IMG/VR virus record: IMGVR_UViG_3300026549_000075
Location: 6,350-70,349 of that record
Length of the DNA: 64,000 nucleotides
Direction: 5' to 3' (one strand)
Origin: a virus
Lineage: Duplodnaviria; Caudoviricetes
Within the stretch, counting starts at the first letter, position 1. The number at the start of each line of letters is the position of its first letter. Under the pieces are notes generated by a model, which saw only the letters and a program-made list of their open reading frames with translations, was not told the DNA's origin and searched no databases. The position numbers and the translations under genes were made by a program. Below, piece by piece: positions 55,371-64,000 of this stretch.

Positions 55371-57785
55371 ATGATTAAAAAATTAAATGAAGATACTTCA
55401 TTAAAATTTAAAAATATTTCTCCTGAGGAGAAGACCGCAAAGGGAATATTAGGACGTCTTTACGGTCCAGTTGCAAGCTTTGCAGCTCCTACCAGAAATG
55501 GTCGTCACTATGGCCAAGATTTGTGGGAAAAATTATTTAATTCAGATTTAATTAAAGAGCGTTTTAAAAACGGTGGAATATTTGGTGAATTGTGTCATCC
55601 TGATTATGAAGATGTTAACATGGAGAAAATTGCAATTGTTATGCCAGAACCTCCAGTTAAAGATAATAAAGGTGATTTAATTGCATACGTTGATATAGTG
55701 GATACTCCTTGTGGAAGAATTGCATATCAGTTAGCAAAATATGGATATAAATTCGGTATTTCAAGTAGAGGTACTGGAGACATTATAGAAGATTATGATG
55801 GCAATGAAGAAGTTGATCCGGATACTTACCAATTAAACGCTTTCGATTTGGTAGAAATTCCTGCTGTAGAAAATGCGAGATTATCATTTGTAGAATCATT
55901 AGATTCAAAAAAGAAATATGGAAAAACTCTTAAAGAGAAACTTACTGAAGAGTTAAATAAAGCTTCTGAAGCAGATAAGAAAATCATGAATGAGACTCTT
56001 AATAATTTAGATATCAATTTAAATGAGTCTGATGAGTATGTTGCTTCAGTATGTGGTTGTAAGATTTATAAAGATGGTAATACATATAAAACATCTTGTG
56101 ATGGTAAAGAATTAAAATCTGATGATTTTGATAGATTAGTTAATTTATTAAAAGGTAGAAATATGAATGAATCTAATACTAAGCACTATATGTGTGATGA
56201 ATGTGGCTATGAAGCAGATTTAACAGATGATGAATATACTGGAAAGTGTCCAAATTGTGGAAGTCATCATGGTTTTTATGCTGAAGGTCTTAATGAAAAA
56301 TTAGTTGAACCTTCTGAAGAAGATTTAAAGCCTATTGAAGATAAATTTGCTGAATTAGGTTTAGAAGTTGAAAGAAAAGGTAAGACATTATTTGGTAATG
56401 TTCATTATCAATTAAGAAAAGAACTTGATCATAAAGTCACAAAAGATGATTTAGGTCCTATCTTTGATGAATTATGTGATTTAGATACAAGAGAGATGCC
56501 AACTGTTTGTAACGTAGGTGTTCATAGAGATGGTGATAATATTATCTCTGCTTCATTAGATGTTTTAGAAAAACAAGTAAATGAAGAACTTAAGCATGAA
56601 GATTGTTGGGGAGATCATATTCAAGGTCAATTAGAGCAAACATTTGGAAATCTTGAAGATTTAATGTATGAAGTCAGAAATGCAGTAAGAGGTTCTTATG
56701 CAGTTAATGGTGATACAGTTCAAGATTTAATTGGTGAATTAAGAGATTTAGCAGATCAATTATCAATGAATGCTGATGACTTGGAGTTTGATCAGGATAA
56801 GTTAAATGAAGATATTCCTACTGATCCTGATAAGCAAAGAGAATTAATGGGAATTTTATCCAGAATTAATGCTATGACTGGTCGTATCTTGGAATATGAT
56901 AAGCAATATGATTATAATTCAGAAAAAGATAAGATGACTAAGGCTTTCTTAAATGATGATTTAAATAAAATTCAAAAAGCATGTGAAGAGCTTGCTAAAT
57001 TTAATAAAGAATCAGTCAGCGAAGATGGCTGTTCAGATAAAGAAGATCAAGTAGTTGAAGAAGATGCAGGTAATACCGGGGAAGATTTGATGAAAGAACT
57101 TCAAGAAGCACTCTCCAGAAATGGAGAATTAGAGAAAGATAATTTGTCACTTCAAGAAAAATTATCAGTTTGCAGTGCAAAAGAAATTAAGTTAAATGAA
57201 GAATTGAAGCGTTATAAACAAGCTTCATCTAGTTTAAGTTCAACTTCTAAAAAGGTTAAAGATCTTGAGGAAGAGCTTGAAAAAGCAAATAAGAAACTTG
57301 ACTATAAAGACAAATTAATTGAATCTAAGAATGAAAGATTAAGTAATTTAATTTCATTCAAAAAAGACAACATTTCAAAACTTACTGAATCAGATAGTAA
57401 AATTTCTGATTTAGAGAATCAAATTAAGGTATTAAAAGAAAGTGTAGAAAAGTCTGATAAGAAATTATCTGATATGACTACATTAGCTAAGAAATACCAA
57501 AGAGCATTAAAAGAATCAAAACAAAGATATCTTAATGTTAAAGCTGATGCTTGTGGATTATCTGTTGATTCTGTAAAAGCTCAGTTGAGTGAATCATACA
57601 ACTATAAAGAAATTGATTCAGTATGCGATAAGTTAGTTGAAGAGAAGTTAAATATGAGTAAGCTTCCATTTAGATTAAATGAAAATACTCAATTTAAAGT
57701 TAAGTCATCTCAGAATGAGTATATTAAAGGCTCTAAAAATTCTGATGATGAAGTATCTGACTACTTATTAAGCATGATTAAATAA
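55371..57785 (+). CDS. Prohead protease (T4 gp21-like) fused to a scaffold-like coiled coil
   Basis: TRNGRHY..GELCHP..VDTPCGRI..FGISSRGTG..AFDLVEIPAV; central CxxC..CxxC; C-terminal coiled coil. Confidence 0.85.
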   Translation: MIKKLNEDTSLKFKNISPEEKTAKGILGRLYGPVASFAAPTRNGRHYGQDLWEKLFNSDLIKERFKNGGIFGELCHPDYEDVNMEKIAIVMPEPPVKDNKGDLIAYVDIVDTPCGRIAYQLAKYGYKFGISSRGTGDIIEDYDGNEEVDPDTYQLNAFDLVEIPAVENARLSFVESLDSKKKYGKTLKEKLTEELNKASEADKKIMNETLNNLDINLNESDEYVASVCGCKIYKDGNTYKTSCDGKELKSDDFDRLVNLLKGRNMNESNTKHYMCDECGYEADLTDDEYTGKCPNCGSHHGFYAEGLNEKLVEPSEEDLKPIEDKFAELGLEVERKGKTLFGNVHYQLRKELDHKVTKDDLGPIFDELCDLDTREMPTVCNVGVHRDGDNIISASLDVLEKQVNEELKHEDCWGDHIQGQLEQTFGNLEDLMYEVRNAVRGSYAVNGDTVQDLIGELRDLADQLSMNADDLEFDQDKLNEDIPTDPDKQRELMGILSRINAMTGRILEYDKQYDYNSEKDKMTKAFLNDDLNKIQKACEELAKFNKESVSEDGCSDKEDQVVEEDAGNTGEDLMKELQEALSRNGELEKDNLSLQEKLSVCSAKEIKLNEELKRYKQASSSLSSTSKKVKDLEEELEKANKKLDYKDKLIESKNERLSNLISFKKDNISKLTESDSKISDLENQIKVLKESVEKSDKKLSDMTTLAKKYQRALKESKQRYLNVKADACGLSVDSVKAQLSESYNYKEIDSVCDKLVEEKLNMSKLPFRLNENTQFKVKSSQNEYIKGSKNSDDEVSDYLLSMIK

Positions 57786-57801
57786 TTTGAAAGGAAATAA
57801 A

Positions 57802-59199
57802 ATGAATTTATTAGAATCTTATAAGGGTAGACTTGCTATTAGTGAAAAGTACTACGCTCAGAAGAATTCTGGCGAAAAGATGAGCAACAGCAAGAAGATG
57901 TTAACTGCTCAGTGCTTACACAATACTGCTACTTATTTAAACGAAGCATTTAAGGTTGCTGCTGGAACTCAGAGAGCTGACCTTGGCATGTACAAGAAAT
58001 TCTGTATGGATATCACTGCTTTAGCAGTTCCTAATTTCATCGTCAATGATATCTTCATGGTTGCTCCAATGAGCTCCTTCAGTGGTTATATCACTTATAT
58101 GGAATATGCTCTTGGTGAGCCTAAAGGTGGTGCTGGTGGCAAATTAGAAGATGTTCCATTCACCTCTGCTATGAAGGCATATGATCAGTCAATTTGGGAA
58201 GTTAAGAATAAGATTAATAGCCCATTCGAAGGCTTTGGTGAAATGACTGAAGACAGAGCTCGTTACTCTGGTCAGGCTGTTGTTGAAACAGTTGATTCTG
58301 CATTACAGTTATCTTGGACTCCTGTTCTTAGAGCTGAAAATGTAAGTCAGTTAGATTCAGAAGGTAACCCTACTCCTGTTACTGTTGATGCTACTGGTAA
58401 GATTACTGCTGGTGCGTCTGCTAATGATAAGATTAGATATATCTATGACAATCAGTATATTCCTCAGGACAAGTTACCATCTGTTGTTGCTAGAATGAAT
58501 GGTATTGCTTTAACTGCTAAGGCTCGTAGACTTGCTGTTGAATATTCTCAGTTCGCTGCTTTCCAGGCTAAGCAAGACTATGGTATGGACTTCGAAGCTA
58601 CAATTGCTCAACAGGCTCAGGCTGAATTAGAGTATGAAATTGATAGTGAAGCTGTTCTTTTAGTTAAGGAAACTGCTGATGCTCTTGGAGCTGATCATAA
58701 GTTTGAATGGGTTGATGAAGAACTCGACACTGTTTCTTACTCCATGAAGGCTGAAGGTTTCGCTCGTAAGTTAGAGCAGGCTAAGGCTGCTGTCTACAAG
58801 GCAACTGGTAGATTTATGCCTAACTGGATGTTAGTTTCTCCAGATGTTATGCCAATTTTAACATTTGTTAAGGGCTTCAATGCTTCTAACAATACTGTTG
58901 CTAATGGTCCATATGTTGCTGGTACTGTTGCTGGTATGAAGGTTATCGTTTCTCCAATGCTTACAAAGGCTTGCTACCTTGGTGTTTTAGGTGCTGATGG
59001 CAAGACTGCTGTTGGTGTTTACGCTCCTTATATGCCAATTGTTCCTACTCAGTTACTCGGTTTCGCTGATGGTAGAATGAGCCAAGGCTTCTCTACTCTC
59101 TACGATATGCAGATTATTAACCCATTATTACTCAGCAAGATCGAAATCAAGGAAGGCGATAACAGATTCCTTGGCAACGTTAAAGTTGTTACTGACTAG
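57802..59199 (+). CDS. Major capsid protein (T4 gp23-like)
   Basis: VAPMSSFSGYITY..LTAKARRLAVEYS..DYGMDFEA..ELEYEID..APYMP; strong codon bias; GAAAGGA RBS before the ATG at 57802. Confidence 0.88.
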   Translation: MNLLESYKGRLAISEKYYAQKNSGEKMSNSKKMLTAQCLHNTATYLNEAFKVAAGTQRADLGMYKKFCMDITALAVPNFIVNDIFMVAPMSSFSGYITYMEYALGEPKGGAGGKLEDVPFTSAMKAYDQSIWEVKNKINSPFEGFGEMTEDRARYSGQAVVETVDSALQLSWTPVLRAENVSQLDSEGNPTPVTVDATGKITAGASANDKIRYIYDNQYIPQDKLPSVVARMNGIALTAKARRLAVEYSQFAAFQAKQDYGMDFEATIAQQAQAELEYEIDSEAVLLVKETADALGADHKFEWVDEELDTVSYSMKAEGFARKLEQAKAAVYKATGRFMPNWMLVSPDVMPILTFVKGFNASNNTVANGPYVAGTVAGMKVIVSPMLTKACYLGVLGADGKTAVGVYAPYMPIVPTQLLGFADGRMSQGFSTLYDMQIINPLLLSKIEIKEGDNRFLGNVKVVTD

Positions 59200-59221
59200 T
59201 AATTAAACAATCGTTATAATT

Positions 59222-59249
59222 TAAAGAGGATCGAAAGATCCTCTTTTTT
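59222..59249 (+). terminator. Rho-independent terminator
   Basis: AAAGAGGATC-GAAA-GATCCTCTTT followed by TTT. Confidence 0.9.
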
Positions 59250-59250
59250 A

Positions 59251-59283
59251 AGTTTACTTTTATATTTATGTTTGATATATTAA
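59251..59283 (+). promoter_or_regulatory. AGTTTACT-class promoter
   Basis: AAGTTTACT-N17-TATATT. Confidence 0.55.
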
Positions 59284-59298
59284 TATAGAGGTAAAAAT

Positions 59299-59853
59299 AT
59301 GAGGAAAAGCATTCAAACAAAATTAATTGATTATTTAAAACTTTATGATTGGCAAACAATGGGAAATGATTTTGATTGGGAAGTAATTAAGGTTATTACA
59401 AAGTTTTTAGAATCTAAAGGATTAAAAGAAGGAACTAATTTTAATGTTTATCATGAACCTAACGGTGGTCATTCTTATCCTGATATTCAATTAGATTTAA
59501 ATGGTAAAAGTTTTTATTTTGAATGTAAAACAGGCAAAAATGATTCAAGTATAATGCATAATAATACAATCCCAGGTGATGATGGAGTTATTTATTTAAT
59601 TCGTACATATGGACCTAAATCAAAAGATTTTACATTCATGCTTGATAAAGATATGCTTTCTAAAAGTGAAAGATCTAGTTTGCAATTGCAAAAGCACTAT
59701 ATAGATATGATTAATACAAATAATAGCTATGATCATTGTTTTGTGTATGCAAGGACAATGATTTATATTCCAACTTCTGTAACTAAATATACAAAAGATT
59801 ATAGAAGACTTAAAAGAGAATCTAATGTATATGAGTTTATAAATAAGGATTAA
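59299..59853 (+). CDS. PD-(D/E)xK restriction-endonuclease-like protein
   Basis: EPNGGHSYPDIQL....FYFECKT. Confidence 0.6.
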   Translation: MRKSIQTKLIDYLKLYDWQTMGNDFDWEVIKVITKFLESKGLKEGTNFNVYHEPNGGHSYPDIQLDLNGKSFYFECKTGKNDSSIMHNNTIPGDDGVIYLIRTYGPKSKDFTFMLDKDMLSKSERSSLQLQKHYIDMINTNNSYDHCFVYARTMIYIPTSVTKYTKDYRRLKRESNVYEFINKD

Positions 59854-59874
59854 AATTTTATTGTATTCTATATT

Positions 59875-60270
59875 ATGAGATATGTTAGAGTAGATGAAGA
59901 GCAAACTACACCAATGTTTGTTGAATATTATTTATATCCTATATTTTCAGATAGTGATGAACCTGACACTTCTCTTACAGGATTATTTAGTATGCAATTT
60001 CAATCATATGATGATGCAGCAGCATATGGAATGTTTGTTATGAAGTATCCTAATCAAGCTGCAGCTGTTTATAATAGTAAAAATATTTTAGATCCTTTAA
60101 GCAATGAATATGTAAATAGATTAGGTGAAATAGATGAGATTCTTATCTATCAAGAACTTACAATGTATGATAAAGATTGAAATTATGTAGAATGTCCAGA
60201 GGAATGCATTAAGTTTGTTGGAAGATTAGTAAAAGAATATGATGAAATAGATAAAAGTATGATGTCATAA
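59875..60270 (+). CDS. Hypothetical protein, 131 aa (1 TGA=W)
   Basis: Read-through of the TGA at 60178 reaches a TAA 3 nt before the next late motif. Confidence 0.6.
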
Positions 60271-60273
60271 CAC

Positions 60274-60284
60274 TGCTAAATTTA
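60274..60284 (+). promoter_or_regulatory. TGCTAAATTTA putative late promoter
   Basis: 29 nt upstream of the ATG at 60303. Confidence 0.6.
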
Positions 60285-60302
60285 TTATTGGAGGACTTAA
60301 TA

Positions 60303-60470
60303 ATGAATAAGGCAATTATAAAAGCAGTCCAAGATTTGGAGGCAAAGCTTTTAGCTGGAGTTATTAGTGAACAATTTTATCAAAAAGAACTTGATAATTT
60401 ACTTTCAATTGTAGAAGATGACATAGATACAGCTAATTATATTAGATTACATAAGGATAGGGACATTTAG
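60303..60470 (+). CDS. Small hypothetical protein
   Basis: GGAGG RBS before the ATG at 60303. Confidence 0.6.
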   Translation: MNKAIIKAVQDLEAKLLAGVISEQFYQKELDNLLSIVEDDIDTANYIRLHKDRDI

Positions 60471-60506
60471 TCCCTTTTAATTTGTATATTATAATTGAGA
60501 AGGAAC

Positions 60507-60517
60507 TGCTAAATTTA
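60507..60517 (+). promoter_or_regulatory. TGCTAAATTTA putative late promoter (nearly leaderless)
   Basis: Only 4 nt separate the end of the motif from the ATG at 60522. Confidence 0.55.
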
Positions 60518-60521
60518 ATAT

Positions 60522-61283
60522 ATGAAAAGAATAGATGAAGCTACTAGACATCAGCTTTTAAATAAAAGTAAAGATGCTGAAGTTACAAAATCATATGGAA
60601 CTACAAGATATGAAAGACGCAATCTTCAGCATATTTATAATTCAGTAAGTGCATTTAATAAAATTGATATGAATGCATGTTTTAAAGCGAATTTACTTTC
60701 CTTCTTTGTTCCTGTTCAAGGAGAACATGACAATTATGAAGTAGAAGTTCTTTTTGATGGAATATTAGATTCTATAAATAGGGAACTTAAAAATAATTCA
60801 TGGACATTTGAATATAAAGTAGTTTATAGAGCAATTATTGATGCAATAAATAAGCAAGATATTTATATAAGCTGTACATGTCCTGATTGAAAATATCGCA
60901 TGGCTTACTGGTCATCTAAAGGTAGATATAATTCAGGTCATCCTCAAGTAGTTCCTGCAAGAATTACAAATCCTAATGATTCTCAAGGAGCTGGATGCAA
61001 GCATGTAATGAAAGTATTAGCTGATTTAGATTGAGCTCTTAAATTAGCTTCATGTATTACAAATTATGTAACATACATGGAAGATCATTATCCTGATAAA
61101 TATTTTGATATCATATTTCCAGCTTTATATGGAATGAAGTATATTGATGCAATTAATCAAGGCATTATAGAGCCTCCTGAAGATGAATTAGATGATGCTG
61201 AAGATATTCCTATTGAAGAACCAGAAAATGATGAGGAAGATGAAGAAATACCTGAGGAAGAGCCTGAGGAGGAAGTTGAGTAA
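60522..61283 (+). CDS. SWIM zinc-finger protein, 253 aa (2 TGA=W)
   Basis: YISCTCPD-W-KYR...GAGCKHV (CxC-n-CxH). Confidence 0.75.
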
Positions 61284-61993
61284 TGGAAGTTAAAGACTAT
61301 ATAGATAAAATAAAGTTTCAATTAACTGGTGGCGTAATAGACTGCGAACTTGATGATAAAGGCGTTGAGAAAGTAATTAATATGTCATTAGAAGAAATGA
61401 ACAGATATTATAATGTTACAAATTTTATTCAAGTACCAGCTTCAAGTTGTATTGACGTTGTTGAGTATCCTCAGATTGAATCAATTGTAGGAGTTCATAG
61501 AATATCTGGTACAAGCTCATCATCTACAGATAGTACTACATCAACAGATCCCGCATACATTTCTCAATTACAGATGTATAATATATCATCGAACTATTAT
61601 ACAAATGATTGAGTATATAGAATGCTTAATTGGTCTACAGCTCAACAAATAGCAAATACTACTTCAACAGATTTAGATTTTAGATATGATGAAATTAATA
61701 AGAAGTTATATGTAAATTATTCTCAAGGAAAACCTGCTGAAGTTGTTATAGAGTTTGTTCCTAGATTACATGATGCTTCTGAAGTTGTTACTAACTTCTG
61801 ACAAGATATATTATTAAAACTTTCATTAGCTCACGCTAAAATAATTTTAGGAAGAATTAGAACGAGATACACTCAATCAAATGCATTATGAGCAGATGAT
61901 GGAGCCACTTTACTTGAAGAAGGTAATAGTGAATTAACTACATTAAGAGAACAGTTAAGAGTTGCAACTGATTTAGTTTTGCCTCTTGATTAG
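61283..61993 (+). CDS. Neck/head-completion protein (T4 gp13-like), 236 aa (3 TGA=W)
   Basis: IKFQLTGGVIDCELDD..W-QDILLKLSLAHAKIILGRIR..DGATLLEEG..EL..LREQL. Confidence 0.7.
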
Positions 61994-62031
61994 TTTTCTG
62001 AAAATTTTTACATAATTTAGCAATTTTAAGT

Positions 62032-62042
62032 TGCTAAATTTA
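62032..62042 (+). promoter_or_regulatory. TGCTAAATTTA putative late promoter
   Basis: 45 nt upstream of the ATG at 62077. Confidence 0.65.
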
Positions 62043-62076
62043 TTATAATAAATAAAATTACGGAGGAATAAAAGTA

Positions 62077-63885
62077 ATGGAATTTTACCTTAAAGAAGCA
62101 TTCCAAAGTTTGAAATTATTAGAAGATGATTTTAACTTGACTGCCGATCAGGGTGTTATAGATGAATTACAGAGCTTTGTAGCTGATGACATCGAAGCGC
62201 CTACTGAAGAGGAAATTATTGATGTAGAGGCTGACGAAGTTGAAGACCTCCAAGATAATTATATTGGTAAAGTCATCCTTGAGTGTGACAGTTGTCATAC
62301 AAGAATCTACAAGGACATTGCTGATGTCATTATTGATGAAGATTCTGGCTTAGCAAATATTGATGAAGAATGCCCAGTTTGTAGCAATGCATTTGGTTGG
62401 AATGTAATTGGAAAAATTGAGAAGTTTGATGCTGCCGCTTTTGAAGAAGAACCAAAAGATGAAAAGGACACTGAAGTAGAAGAAGAACCAGAAATTTCTG
62501 ATGAAGAAATTGGTGAAGCTTTGAAAGAAGCTCTTAACACCGATGAACAACGTGAACTTAATGGAATTGTTTATAATCATTTAGCAGATGCTGCTTATGA
62601 GGCTGAAGTTGATCATGGTTTAAATGCTTATAGATCTGATATGGAAAAAGCTCAGAAAGCATTTAATGACGATTTCTATTTTGGATCAGTTGACGAAGAC
62701 ATTGATGTACATGTTGATCAACCTGAAGAAAGTGATGATGTAGTCATTAATGTTGATGCTGACGATGAACTTCATGAGGAATTTGAAAATCCTGAAGATG
62801 TTGGTGTCAATCCTGAAACAGCTTCTGAACATGCTGAAATTTTAGAAGAACCAATGGAAAATCCTGTAACAGAAATTCCAGACAAGTTGGTTGTAAATGA
62901 ATCTGTTTTAACAGAAGATGCTAATTCAGTTAAGAATCTTGTTATTTCTTATTTACAAGATAGTTTAGTTGATTTTAATGACAACTTAGCTTATACTGTT
63001 CATGATGCTATTCCAGAATATGATGTTGATTGGTGTGATGATGACGGTATGAGTGAATTTGCTGATAGAGCAAATATGACTCAGGATGAATATGTTGATG
63101 CTATTGCTAATTTATTATTTGCACATGCTCCTACTCAAGAATCTTTAGGTGAAGACATTGAGGATGTTCAGTCTGAAGATGCTGAAAAGTTAATTGATCC
63201 TGATGAAGAACCAGTTAAAGATTTAAATGAAGATCTCAACGAAGTTGAAGTTCATACAAATGAGCAAGATATTGAAGTTAAGACTGAAGATGGTAAAGTA
63301 GTTGTTGAAGTTGGTAATCCTGAAACTGAAGAAGTTCCAGCTGAAGACGAAATGATTGCTCCATTAGATGCTGAAGAAATTACAGACATTGAAAATAACG
63401 AAGAACAATCTGCTCAAGAAGTAGCTATGGAAAATGAATTAGGTGCTGAAGAAGAGTCACCTGCTGAAGAAGAACAAGCTAAAGATGAATTAGATATTGA
63501 TGAATTTGATGAAGAATCATTTGATGAAATTGGTGAATCATATCTTCATAGAGTTTATGAAAATGTAAATTCTTTTAAAACTACAAATGTTAACTACGGA
63601 AAAGGAAGATTAGTTGTTGAAGGATTAATTAAATTTAATTCTGGTAAAGAAAAGAAGACTTCATTTGTATTTGAAAATTTAAAAAAGACTAAAAGAGGTA
63701 AAATTGTTTCTGAAGGATTAAATGAAACATTCTCTAAATCTTCCAAAGCATTTATGTTAAAAGGTTCTTTAGTAAATAAAAAGTTTGTTAGTGAAAGTTT
63801 AATTTACAATTACACTGCAAAGACAATTAATGAATCTAATGAATCTGAAGTAACTAGAGTTTACGGAAGAGCTGTAAGAAAATAG
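62077..63885 (+). CDS. 602-aa highly acidic protein with an N-terminal zinc ribbon (putative prohead core/internal protein)
   Basis: CDSC..CPVC; D/E-rich; multiple LxE sites. Confidence 0.75.
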   Translation: MEFYLKEAFQSLKLLEDDFNLTADQGVIDELQSFVADDIEAPTEEEIIDVEADEVEDLQDNYIGKVILECDSCHTRIYKDIADVIIDEDSGLANIDEECPVCSNAFGWNVIGKIEKFDAAAFEEEPKDEKDTEVEEEPEISDEEIGEALKEALNTDEQRELNGIVYNHLADAAYEAEVDHGLNAYRSDMEKAQKAFNDDFYFGSVDEDIDVHVDQPEESDDVVINVDADDELHEEFENPEDVGVNPETASEHAEILEEPMENPVTEIPDKLVVNESVLTEDANSVKNLVISYLQDSLVDFNDNLAYTVHDAIPEYDVDWCDDDGMSEFADRANMTQDEYVDAIANLLFAHAPTQESLGEDIEDVQSEDAEKLIDPDEEPVKDLNEDLNEVEVHTNEQDIEVKTEDGKVVVEVGNPETEEVPAEDEMIAPLDAEEITDIENNEEQSAQEVAMENELGAEEESPAEEEQAKDELDIDEFDEESFDEIGESYLHRVYENVNSFKTTNVNYGKGRLVVEGLIKFNSGKEKKTSFVFENLKKTKRGKIVSEGLNETFSKSSKAFMLKGSLVNKKFVSESLIYNYTAKTINESNESEVTRVYGRAVRK

Positions 63886-63893
63886 GAGTTATT

Positions 63894-64000
63894 ATGGAGA
63901 AGGACTACGGAAGATTAGTACAACCTAATGTTCAACTTCAAAGAAGATACTTCAATGAAATGGTAACATTAAGGGGTGTATTTTGTGAATACCAATATCC
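63894..64000 (+). CDS. Partial CDS (3'-truncated), possible head-tail connector protein
   Basis: AGGAG RBS; MEKDYGRLVQPNVQLQRRYFNEMVTLRGVFCEYQY, open to the window end. Confidence 0.55.
   Translation, partial: MEKDYGRLVQPNVQLQRRYFNEMVTLRGVFCEYQY

Noticed and set aside
501-62580. Minus-strand and alternative-frame ORFs in the track (e.g. 501..1124, 25096..25662, 62307..62540, 27660..27902)
   Set aside because: They are shadows of longer + strand genes with recognisable motifs and RBSs, and show no independent start signals.
1-64000. CRISPR array or rRNA
   Set aside because: No regularly spaced identical repeats with unique spacers and no rRNA signatures were seen.

Overview
The window is a 64 kb slice of an AT-rich jumbo/T4-like tailed phage genome, with essentially all genes on the + strand. 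Many ORFs in the supplied code-11 track are fragments: reading TGA as Trp (genetic code 4) fuses them into full-length genes that end in TAA or TAG. In order it contains: a nucleoside/nucleobase salvage module (deoxyribosyltransferase, DUF1599-like protein, two NCS2 permeases); a ~3.5 kb tRNA plus structured-ncRNA region; type IA topoisomerase (apparently needing a +1 frameshift at CCC-TAA) between two free-standing homing endonucleases; a 1264-aa ligase-like/nucleotidyltransferase fusion; an early block with RecA, KTSC, HNH-like and HExxH genes; large acidic putative internal-head proteins; a holin-like gene; tail-fibre/LamG genes; a five-gene glycosyltransferase/Stealth cluster; terminase with an HNH intein; portal; prohead protease-scaffold; major capsid; and neck genes. 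Two promoter classes are visible, AGTTTACW-N16/17-TAWWAT and TGCTAAATTTA. TGA versus TGG usage is strongly partitioned between gene classes. All family assignments come from motif recognition by eye, not database searches.
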